Positions 18,394 to 26,017 of a DNA stretch of 45,842 bases are shown here, piece by piece; position 1 is the first letter of the stretch, and each line of letters starts with the position of its first letter. The stretch covers positions 1 to 45,842 of the forward strand of contig DATKUU010000172.1 of NCBI GenBank assembly GCA_035530455.1. Reading direction: 5' to 3'. The stretch comes from Phycisphaerae bacterium (lineage in GTDB: Bacteria; Planctomycetota; Phycisphaerae; FEN-1346). A program made the position numbers and the translations under genes. Under the pieces are notes generated by a model. That model was not told the origin of the DNA, made no database searches, and saw nothing but the letters and a program-made list of their open reading frames with translations.

Positions 18394-18535
18394 GGGCATA
18401 GTGATCATTTACCGTCGGGTTGAGGACCCGATGGCCGCGTGTCCAGAAGCGGCGGTACTGGCTTCCCACTTCGAATGTGTCCCATCGAACCTGAAGCCGG
18501 ACGTGCCGAGGCGGCGGGGCTGCACGAGCATCTCC

Positions 18536-18564
18536 TTGCTCTTTCGTGCTCCCTCCTGTAGCAT
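18536..18564 (+). promoter_or_regulatory. candidate sigma70-type promoter for the HU-family gene
   Basis: TTGCTC (18536-18541), a 17-nt spacer, then TAGCAT (18559-18564) preceded by TG. It lies about 55 nt upstream of the GTG start. Confidence 0.4.
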
Positions 18565-18620
18565 GCCGCCGCGTGGAACGGCTGTTACCTGGTCTTCGAA
18601 CCCTCTTAAGGAGCCGCATC

Positions 18621-18938
18621 GTGGCCGCAAGTGCCAAACCCGCGACGAAGAGTGAGATTCTATCCAACATCGCAAAGGCGACGCAACTGTCGCGCAAGCA
18701 GGTGGTCTCCGTCCTTGAGGCCCTTTCCGGCCAGATCAAAGCCGCCGTGGGCAAGAAAGGCCCGGGCGTCTTTGCTTTGCCGGGCCTGCTGAAGATCATG
18801 GTCATTCATAAGCCCGCCACCCCGCAGCGCAAGGGCATCAATCCCTTCACCAAGCAGGAGCAGATATTCAAGGCCAAGCCCGCCCGCAAGGTCATCAAGG
18901 TCCGGGCCCTCAAGGCCCTCAAAGACATGGCGAAGTAA
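18621..18938 (+). CDS. HU/IHF-family DNA-binding protein
   Basis: GTG 18621 lies 7 nt after TAAGGAG (18607-18613). KSEILSNIAKATQLSRKQVVSVLEAL...RKGINPFTKQEQIFKAKPARKVIKVRALKALKD fits the HU fold pattern (DNA-binding arm RxGxNPxT). Confidence 0.85.
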   Translation: MAASAKPATKSEILSNIAKATQLSRKQVVSVLEALSGQIKAAVGKKGPGVFALPGLLKIMVIHKPATPQRKGINPFTKQEQIFKAKPARKVIKVRALKALKDMAK

Positions 18939-19065
18939 AGGGACAATCGGCCGCGGCTCGCCGTGCGGATACGCGATCGGGGCGGCCGGGTGCAAGGGCC
19001 GTACTTGCATGGCTCAAAGTATTGCAGAATTCACGGGCCTCTCTTGAAACGCGAAGGAGACTCAA

Positions 19066-19134
19066 ATGGGGAAAGGCAGCAACGTTCGTCGCAAGGAAGT
19101 CAAGAAGCCCAAGAAAAACGATGGCAAGAAGTAA
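19066..19134 (+). CDS. 22-aa highly basic small protein (MGKGSNVRRKEVKKPKKNDGKK)
   Basis: ATG 19066 lies 5 nt after GAAGGAGA (19053-19060); TAA at 19132-19134. It is below the size cut-off of the ORF track. The strong SD is the main argument. Confidence 0.4.
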   Translation: MGKGSNVRRKEVKKPKKNDGKK

Positions 19135-19329
19135 GGCGACCGTTGTTCGGCGGGGCGATCAGGTTCGGCTTCGAGATCAGCCAACCCGCGCGGCCCCCGG
19201 CCTCGTGCCGGATGGCACGGTGATGCTTCGCCTAGCACAGGGCTTAGTAGCGGGTGATCGCCGGATCGGCCAGGGCCACACAGGCCGCCCCGGGGGCGTT
19301 GCCACCGGAACCGGAGTGAGGATTTCGGC

Positions 19330-19635
19330 ATGAGTTCCTGGCAGGTCTACATCCTCCGCTGTGCCAACGACACGCTGTACACGGGCATAACGAACCGGCT
19401 GGCGGCCCGACTGAAAACACACAACGGTGCCAGGGGCGCGAAATACACCCGGGCCCGACGACCGGTCGTCCTGGCCTGGAGCACGCCCTGCAAGAGCCGT
19501 GGCGCCGCTTTGTCGCTAGAGTACGCCATCAAGCAACTGACCCGTCGTCAGAAACAAACCTTAATAGTCGTCGCAGGATCCGCCCGAAAACAGATGGTCA
19601 ACAGGTTAAAGGCTAGGGCTGCCGGCAAGACGTAG
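19330..19635 (+). CDS. GIY-YIG nuclease family protein (UPF0213/YhbQ-like)
   Basis: WQVYILRCANDTLYTGITNRLAARLKTHNGARGAKYTRARRPVVLAW is the canonical GIY-YIG small-protein pattern. GGAGTGAGGA lies upstream of the ATG. Confidence 0.85.
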   Translation: MSSWQVYILRCANDTLYTGITNRLAARLKTHNGARGAKYTRARRPVVLAWSTPCKSRGAALSLEYAIKQLTRRQKQTLIVVAGSARKQMVNRLKARAAGKT

Positions 19636-19911
19636 CGGTCACACCTGATCCAGCGATTTTTCACAGCAGCCTTTGTAAAGGGCGGAGCAAAACCGCGGCG
19701 GATGGCGGACGGCTGATTCGAGGTTCCACCCGCCGGCACGGAACCTTCGGAAAGTTACCGCCGCTTCTTCCGGCCCCTGGTTCTTCCCTTGGCCTCCGGC
19801 TGCACTTCCGCGGCCTTCGTGGCAAGGATTCCCTGCACCTCGCGCTTCCCCAGTTTCCGAAGGGCGACCAAGGCTTCTCTGTTGTGGCCTTCGGGCTTGG
19901 CCTTCCCGTAC

Positions 19912-19948
19912 TTGTCCCTCCCAAATATTCCGTCCGCCTTATTCTACA
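19912..19948 (-). repeat. partial copy (A) of the TGTAGAAT-headed repeat
   Basis: The minus strand reads TGTAGAATAAGGCGGACGGAATATTTGGGAGGGACAAG. By eye it is about three-quarters identical to the first ~38 nt of copies B and C. Confidence 0.55.
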
Positions 19949-20045
19949 AGCGCTTACCTGTCTTGTCCGTGAGGCTTCCCTGCTTTACGATTGCCGCTTG
20001 GGTCCGATGTGCGATCGTCTCCCAGAAACCACGTCTTCCAAAGAA

Positions 20046-20864
20046 CTACTCCTGAAGCAGTCGTTCCCGCTGAAGCCGGGCTTGACGGTGAATGTCTTCG
20101 ATCAGGCTCGGCGGCAGCCCGTGTTCCGGAGCGGAAAGTCCACGAGTGGTTTTCTCCAGCACCTGTAGTTCGTCGACCGTGTAGAGCACATCTATCTGCT
20201 GCAACGTGGCGTGCAGTTTGCTTGCCAACCGAAGCGGCAGGTGTTCTCGGAACACTTTCTCGCTCACTTCAAGGACTTCGGGATTCTCAGTTCCCAAGAG
20301 ATGAATCGGACGCCGGGGCAGCAACTCCGGGCAAAGGTCTCGCAGGCAATCCCAGAACTCCTCTAACGGCCAGATGGTGTCCTTCCGGCCGCCTCGTGGG
20401 GCGGCGTTCAGCTGATGCTCGATCCGGGAAACCATAAGCGTGTTGCCTCGACCCACATACGGTTCAGGAGCATCCAGCATGAACTCCATTTCGCTGATGA
20501 CGGCGTTGAGATGGCCCAGGGTCTTGCGGCAGGTCGTCTTGGCCAGAACCGCCCCTGCCAAGTATGCCGACAGAACGCGATGGGCGGATTCCGGCGGAGT
20601 TTCCAGTTCGATGAGTCTGCCCAGAAAGTGCGTGCAGAAAGCGGTCACGAGGCCTTCGGCGTCTATAACCGGCTTGATCGGGACGAGCAGGACATATCGG
20701 CTTCTGGCATGCAGAAACGCCGTTAGCAGATTGCCACCATTAAGGAAGTCAATGGTGTTCACATACCACTCGCCGAACGTCGGGCCGGCATGAACGACCT
20801 CGGCGGCCTGCGGTCTGCTGCCGACCTTCCGGAAGACCTTGGTGGTGCATCGCAGTATAAGCAT
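20046..20864 (-). CDS. uncharacterised 272-aa protein
   Basis: ATG 20864 gives MLILRCTTKVFRKVGSRPQ.... From memory this resembles a widespread DUF whose members begin M-x-I-x-(R/H)-C-T-K-K-L; I cannot confirm the family. An in-frame ATG at 20915 (MLGRPFS...) is an alternative start. The track start at 21047 is implausible. Confidence 0.7.
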   Translation of the reverse strand: MLILRCTTKVFRKVGSRPQAAEVVHAGPTFGEWYVNTIDFLNGGNLLTAFLHARSRYVLLVPIKPVIDAEGLVTAFCTHFLGRLIELETPPESAHRVLSAYLAGAVLAKTTCRKTLGHLNAVISEMEFMLDAPEPYVGRGNTLMVSRIEHQLNAAPRGGRKDTIWPLEEFWDCLRDLCPELLPRRPIHLLGTENPEVLEVSEKVFREHLPLRLASKLHATLQQIDVLYTVDELQVLEKTTRGLSAPEHGLPPSLIEDIHRQARLQRERLLQE

Positions 20865-20894
20865 GGCGAATCTCTCATCGCACGCAGTAGGATC

Positions 20895-20981
20895 GCTGAA
20901 GGGACGGCCAAGCATGCGCCCGCACCGTCCAAATTTTGGGCCAGCTGCCCCTCCTGTAAATCCCGGCGGCCTTATTCTACA
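20895..20981 (-). repeat. copy B of an 87-nt repeat (TGTAGAAT box plus leader) upstream of the 20046-20864 gene
   Basis: 20895-20981 aligns base-for-base without gaps to 25890-25976, with about a dozen substitutions. Read on the minus strand it starts with TGTAGAAT and ends with ATGCTTGGCCG.CCCTTCAGC. Confidence 0.85.
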
Positions 20982-21353
20982 CGCACCTACAGAACTTGTC
21001 TGCAACGGTCTCTTCGGCCTGACCCTCGATGGCACCTCGCCAGTCAAACGCCCGCGATGAGCTGCCTTGCTGACCGACGAAGGGGAAAGGGTTCAGAACA
21101 GTTCGCCCTGAACCCCGCCGGAGAGATCGGGGTCGGCGACGGACTCCAGGACCGGGAAAGCAGCCCGTAAGGGCCGTCCGAGCAGTCCCGGCGGTCAAAA
21201 GGTTTTCCAGCGCGGTCCCCGGCCGCGAGCGGCCGCAGCGGACGTTGTGTTTACGGAGGCAGCCCCTTGCGGGTGCCTCCCGTGAGCATCAGGAACTTGA
21301 AGCGCAGAGGTTCTGTGCGGATAAGGCCCGCTTGCCAAAGGGCTTGGGACACC

Positions 21354-21382
21354 TGGAATTAAACGCCCAAGCCCGGTAGAAT
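21354..21382 (+). promoter_or_regulatory. candidate promoter for the EEP-family gene
   Basis: TAGAAT at 21377-21382 with a weak -35 TGGAAT (21354-21359) at 17-nt spacing. It lies about 54 nt upstream of ATG 21436 and overlaps the 3' arm of the 9-bp hairpin GGGCTTGGG/CCCAAGCCC (21340-21374). Confidence 0.35.
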
Positions 21383-21435
21383 CGTGAACATCACTGACGG
21401 CGGTCGTCAGCGAGTAGTCATCTGGGAAATGTCGG

Positions 21436-22284
21436 ATGACACGTAAAGCCACATCCCCCGGCGGTGTGATGTTGACAATCACGGGGCTTTGTGCGGCGCT
21501 CGCCGGCTGCCTTTGCCTCTTGGCGTGTTCGGGGCCGGCGCGCCGGCCGCGCAAGGCGCCCGAGGGGGTGCCGGCCCTGGCGGTCATGACGTTCAACGTG
21601 AACTTCGGCTTGGCGGGCGACTCCGGCACGCTGGCCGCGGTGCGCGGCGCCGGGGCCGACGCCGTTTTTCTCCAGGAGACGACGCCCCTTTGGGAATCGG
21701 CCATCCGGCGGGAACTTTCGGACGCCTATCCATACATGGAATTCCGCCACTGCCGCGGCGCGGGCGGGATGGCGGTCCTTTCGCGGCGCCCCTTCCAGGT
21801 CCGCGATTACGTCCCGTCACCGTCGGGGTGGTTCCCCGCAATGCGGGTCGTTCTTCAGTCGCCCCTCGGCCCCGTCCAGGCACTCCAGGTACACCTGCAC
21901 CCGCCCGTGAGCGAGCGAGGAAGCGTCGCCAGCGGCTACCTGACCACCGGCCCGGTCCGCAAGCGCGAGATCGAGGCGTTCCTCGAACGGCTCGAACCGG
22001 GGATGCCGACCCTGGTCCTCGGCGACTTCAACGAGAACTACGACGGGCAGGCGGCGGGGGTGCTTTACGAGCGCGGCATACAGAGCGTGCTCAGAGAGTA
22101 CGAACCCTCGGCCAGGACCTGGCGCTGGCGGACGGGCGTGGGGACGCTCCGAAAGACGCTCGACCACATCTTCTACGGGCCGGGGCTTGAGCCGCTGGAG
22201 GCGCGCGTCATTGACCGTGGCGCGTCGGACCACCTGCCGGTCCTGGCCGTCTTCGGCCCGGCCGGAGTCCAAACGAAAAACTAG
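21436..22284 (+). CDS. endonuclease/exonuclease/phosphatase (EEP) family lipoprotein
   Basis: Signal peptide with lipobox LLACSG. EEP motifs VMTFNVN, DAVFLQE, LGDFNE, SDHLPV. Confidence 0.85.
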   Translation: MTRKATSPGGVMLTITGLCAALAGCLCLLACSGPARRPRKAPEGVPALAVMTFNVNFGLAGDSGTLAAVRGAGADAVFLQETTPLWESAIRRELSDAYPYMEFRHCRGAGGMAVLSRRPFQVRDYVPSPSGWFPAMRVVLQSPLGPVQALQVHLHPPVSERGSVASGYLTTGPVRKREIEAFLERLEPGMPTLVLGDFNENYDGQAAGVLYERGIQSVLREYEPSARTWRWRTGVGTLRKTLDHIFYGPGLEPLEARVIDRGASDHLPVLAVFGPAGVQTKN

Positions 22285-22348
22285 TGCTCTGTCGCTACTC
22301 AAGTGACGGATAGAGTCTCTTCAGTTTGATCCGGGCAAGGAGAACCCC

Positions 22349-23278
22349 ATGGGGCGACTGATTCTGCTGGCAATCGGGATCGTCCTCTCCGCGCAGGGTG
22401 TGCGTCCGGAGACGTCGTCCACGCCGCGCCCGGTAGACCGCAAGGCTGCCCGAGCCTTCTGCAGAACGATCCAGGACGCGCTGCGCACCCAGAAGTACGA
22501 TGGATGCAAGGAATCCTTCGCCAAGGATGTCGCCGGGCAAGGGCAGACGTCGCTCCAGGAGACGGTGGCGATGGCGGGCGACCGTCGGGGGTGGGTGTTC
22601 TTCACAAGCCCGGGAGATAGCAAGAATCCCGCGGACCCCGCCGTCATCGAGATCCGATCCACGTGGATCGCCATACCAATGAAAGGCGTCCGCGAGAAAC
22701 GTGAGGTGCACATCACCGAGGAGACGTTCCGCTTTGTCGACGTCAACGGCAAGACGCTGGTGGACCAGTACGCCTGCCGCGACGTCACCGAGGAATGGCG
22801 GAACAAAATGCTGACGCAGGTATCCAAACAGGAATCGCAACTCGCGGACCGCTCCCTGCCGGAGGCCAAACGGCTGAAGGCGGGCATATGGGCCTACATC
22901 GAAATGTGGCAGATCGGAGAGTTTCCGCATATGTGGCTCCTCCTCGACAGGCTTCTGGACGAGGGGATCGCACAGGAGCCAAAGGCTATGCAGGGCCTCC
23001 AGAACCTCACCCGCCGGGTGATCGAGGAGGTCGGCGTCCCCGAGGATCACACGCCCGCCGTTGAGAAACTGCTGAAGTGGGCACCGCCTCCGAACAAGCC
23101 GGAGCCCGAAAAGAAGCCGGAGGCCGAGAAGAAGCCCGAAAGCCGAGCGCAGCGCGTCACTCCAGCCGCATCGGGACCGTCCTCAATGTGTTCGGACACA
23201 TCGGCCGCCGCCTGCGGCCGCGAGAGGAACGTCTCGACGTGGTCGTCCGCGAGCGGTCATCTGGAAAATATCGGGTAA
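22349..23278 (+). CDS. exported hypothetical protein with Lys/Pro/Glu-rich C-terminal linker
   Basis: ATG 22349 lies 4 nt after AAGGAGA. Signal-like MGRLILLAIGIVLSAQG. A globular part is followed by PPPNKPEPEKKPEAEKKPE. The last ~50 codons are of uncertain reality. Confidence 0.65.
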   Translation: MGRLILLAIGIVLSAQGVRPETSSTPRPVDRKAARAFCRTIQDALRTQKYDGCKESFAKDVAGQGQTSLQETVAMAGDRRGWVFFTSPGDSKNPADPAVIEIRSTWIAIPMKGVREKREVHITEETFRFVDVNGKTLVDQYACRDVTEEWRNKMLTQVSKQESQLADRSLPEAKRLKAGIWAYIEMWQIGEFPHMWLLLDRLLDEGIAQEPKAMQGLQNLTRRVIEEVGVPEDHTPAVEKLLKWAPPPNKPEPEKKPEAEKKPESRAQRVTPAASGPSSMCSDTSAAACGRERNVSTWSSASGHLENIG

Positions 23279-23295
23279 GACAGGAGGACCCAACC

Positions 23296-25842
23296 ATGTG
23301 CCGCACCCTGTGGCTTGGTTTCGCTTGTCTGCTCTGCGTTGCCCTCGCACCGGTTGCCGTCGTAGGGGCCTCAGCCCCTCCGGCGCTCGACGACGCCGCC
23401 CTGTGCCGGCAGATCGCGTTAGCCGGTTCGTCCGGCGGGCGCCGGGCCGAGGCGATCGCGGCACTGGTTCGCCAGCCGGCCGCCACGCTCGAGACGTTCA
23501 AGCGGCATTTCGCGACCAGGGAGCAGAACGCCCGCTTCAGCTTCGGGAAGGAGGTCCTCCCGAAACTCCCCCCCGACGAGGTCAAGCGGTTCCTCCTGGC
23601 CGAGTTCCGCGCAGGCCTGCCCGCCCACTACAAGATGGCGGACCTCATCCAGTCGGCCCGCCTCCAGGCCGCGGCGCGCGTCAAGAAGGAGGGCCTGTCG
23701 TCCTGGGAACTGGATCGGCAGATTGCCCGCGAGGCGGAGACCCGCGAACTGCTGGTGGCCGTTGCGCCGCTGGAGGAGGCAAACCGCTGGTTCGAGTGGG
23801 TGGCGCGCCTTGCGGCCGAGTGCATCGACTCGTACGACGAGGCCCGCGACCTCTTCCTGCGCGAGCCGACCTTCGACTACAAGGCCGGCCGATGGGCAGA
23901 AACCATGGCCCGCCTGGACCGGCCGGGCGCCGTCGCCGAGTTTTCGCGGCTCCTGCAATCGGCCGACGCGAACGACCGCCAGCGAGGCGTGTGCGGGTTC
24001 CGCGCCATCCGGCAGGCGCCCGACCCGGAGACGTGGCGCTACCTCTTCGCCCACACCGACGGCATGAAGATCATCGACGTATGCCAACTCATTTACGTTA
24101 CGGACCGCTCGCACCTGGACCTGATTCTTCCGCTGCTGGAACACCCCGAGAAGGAGGTCCGCGGTGCCGCGGAGTATCAACTCGGCGGCCTGGCCTATTT
24201 CCGCCAGAAGCAGCTCGCGGAACTGCGCGAGAGCCCGCGCGGCCCCGCCGAGCGCGCGGCGTGGTGGAAGGACTGGTGGAAGGACCGCCGCAGCCTCTCA
24301 GAGGAGGCATTCCTGGAAGAGCGGCTCAAGGCGTTCCTGGCGGAACCTCCCGGCCAGATGGACGACGAGGACGTTCGCAAAATCAGCCGCTGGTTCCCCG
24401 ACCGCCCGGAGGTCGTTCCCCTCTTGGCGGCTTTGCTCGACTCTCCCGAGAAAATTGTTCGGCTCAACGTGATGGGAACGCTGGCCTCGATGACCGGCCC
24501 GGCGCGCGGCCCGGCCGTTGAGGCCTTGCTGGAGTTCTGCCGCACGCAGCCGCCGGCCAAGGCCGCGCTGCTGTGCAGCGCCCTGGCCCGGACGAAGGAC
24601 CCGCGGGCCGTCGAGATGGTGCTGAAACTCATGGAGACCGAGCCGGCCGCCGCCCACCTATGGAACGATCCCTTGTCCCTGGCGCAGTCCCTGTCGCTTG
24701 GCCCGGAAGGCGACCGGCGGGCGGTCGAAATCCTGGCCGCCAACTGGGTCATTGCCAAGGGAGACCAGAGGGCCGCCGCGGGCCTGGCGCAGATCGAGGC
24801 AGCCGGGGTTGTCCTGCCCCGCCTGTTGGAAGCCCTCGTCAAGGAACCCGACCACAACAAGCGGGTTGCCATCCGCAAGGCCATTGAGAGCGTGGCCGAC
24901 AGTCGCGTGGCGCCGGAACTGACCCGCCTCCTCCCGCAGGCCAAGGGAGGGACCGACGACGTCGAGGGACCCCGGTCCGACGTGCTGAAGTTGATGGCCC
25001 TTTTTCCCGACCCCGCCGCCCTTCCGGCCTTGCTGGAACTCCTGAAGGCCGACGACCGTTGGACACGCGTCCATGCCACGGCGGCCCTCGGGCCCCTGGG
25101 CGACACCTCCGGCGCCGCCGTCCTCATCCGCGATGTGACCTCCGCCGAGAAGTTCTTCCAGGGTACGTACTCCTACAGCGTCAGCGGGGCACTCAAGGCC
25201 ATTGCAGCGCCCGAGACCCGCCGGCAACTCATGGACGCCTGCCGGGAGGCGACCGGCGAGACCCGCCGCAACCTGCTCATGCTGATCGCCCAACAGCGGG
25301 ACGCCGCGTACCTCGACTTCCTGGATACGCTCCTCCGCGACCCCGACAAGGCCACCGTCCGGCTGGCCGCGGCAACTATCATGGCTTCCCTGGCCGATAC
25401 GAAGAAGAAACCGACCTCCCGAATCTCCGCGGTCGTTGCAACGATGCCGGACAACCTGCTGCCGCCCATCCGGTCGCTGCTCGCGTATGCCTTTTTCGGC
25501 GAGAAGATCCAGCCCGACGACGACCCGTTCCCCAACGGCGGCGACCTGAAGGACCTCCAGGGCGGCGTCTTCGCCTTGCCCACCTTGCAGTGCCTCCACT
25601 ACAAGAAGGAGAACCGGTCGCTGACGGTCGTGAACCTGGGTCCTCACGATCAGCCGAAGGCCCCCGACGGCTCGGACCTGCGCCCCGGCGGCCCTTTTGT
25701 CTCCGGCCGCCTGGACTGGGGCACCACGGACCGGCACCTGGTTCTGACCTTGAGCCTCGGCTCCGGCGGCACCATCTACCTCTTCCGCCGGGACGGTGAC
25801 GACTGGAAACCTGTGTGCTCGACCGATGGATGGATGTACTAG
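23296..25842 (+). CDS. exported HEAT/armadillo-like repeat protein (848 aa)
   Basis: ATG 23296 lies 7 nt after AGGAGGA. Signal peptide MCRTLWLGFACLLCVALAPVAVVGASA. Recurrent HEAT-like units (HPEKEVRGAAEYQLGGL, SPEKIVRLNVMGTLASM, DDRWTRVHATAALGPLGD, DPDKATVRLAAATIMASL). The C-terminal ~120 aa are non-helical. Confidence 0.75.
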   Translation: MCRTLWLGFACLLCVALAPVAVVGASAPPALDDAALCRQIALAGSSGGRRAEAIAALVRQPAATLETFKRHFATREQNARFSFGKEVLPKLPPDEVKRFLLAEFRAGLPAHYKMADLIQSARLQAAARVKKEGLSSWELDRQIAREAETRELLVAVAPLEEANRWFEWVARLAAECIDSYDEARDLFLREPTFDYKAGRWAETMARLDRPGAVAEFSRLLQSADANDRQRGVCGFRAIRQAPDPETWRYLFAHTDGMKIIDVCQLIYVTDRSHLDLILPLLEHPEKEVRGAAEYQLGGLAYFRQKQLAELRESPRGPAERAAWWKDWWKDRRSLSEEAFLEERLKAFLAEPPGQMDDEDVRKISRWFPDRPEVVPLLAALLDSPEKIVRLNVMGTLASMTGPARGPAVEALLEFCRTQPPAKAALLCSALARTKDPRAVEMVLKLMETEPAAAHLWNDPLSLAQSLSLGPEGDRRAVEILAANWVIAKGDQRAAAGLAQIEAAGVVLPRLLEALVKEPDHNKRVAIRKAIESVADSRVAPELTRLLPQAKGGTDDVEGPRSDVLKLMALFPDPAALPALLELLKADDRWTRVHATAALGPLGDTSGAAVLIRDVTSAEKFFQGTYSYSVSGALKAIAAPETRRQLMDACREATGETRRNLLMLIAQQRDAAYLDFLDTLLRDPDKATVRLAAATIMASLADTKKKPTSRISAVVATMPDNLLPPIRSLLAYAFFGEKIQPDDDPFPNGGDLKDLQGGVFALPTLQCLHYKKENRSLTVVNLGPHDQPKAPDGSDLRPGGPFVSGRLDWGTTDRHLVLTLSLGSGGTIYLFRRDGDDWKPVCSTDGWMY

Positions 25843-25889
25843 TGTAGTGTCTCACTCGGATTGCGTATTATGGAGCGCTGCGCGGGCCT

Positions 25890-25976
25890 GCTGAAGGGGC
25901 GGCCAAGCATGCGCCAGCTTCGTCCGAATGTTGGGCCAGCTGCCCTTCCCGTAAATCCCGTCGGCCCCATTCTACA
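25890..25976 (-). repeat. copy C of the 87-nt TGTAGAAT-headed repeat, between convergent gene ends
   Basis: See copy B. Here the repeat is followed only by a 23-codon ORF (25910-25839, MLGRPFSRPAQRSIIRNPSETLH) that overlaps the stop codon of the HEAT-repeat gene on the opposite strand. Confidence 0.85.
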
Positions 25977-26017
25977 TGCTTTTCGAAAGGCACCCTACAT
26001 CCGCCCCGTGGACACGA

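Noticed and set aside
21195-21704. 169-aa minus-strand ORF overlapping the start of the EEP gene
   Set aside because: It is Ala/Arg/Pro/Ser-rich with no start context. It overlaps the lipoprotein signal peptide region of a well-supported plus-strand gene.
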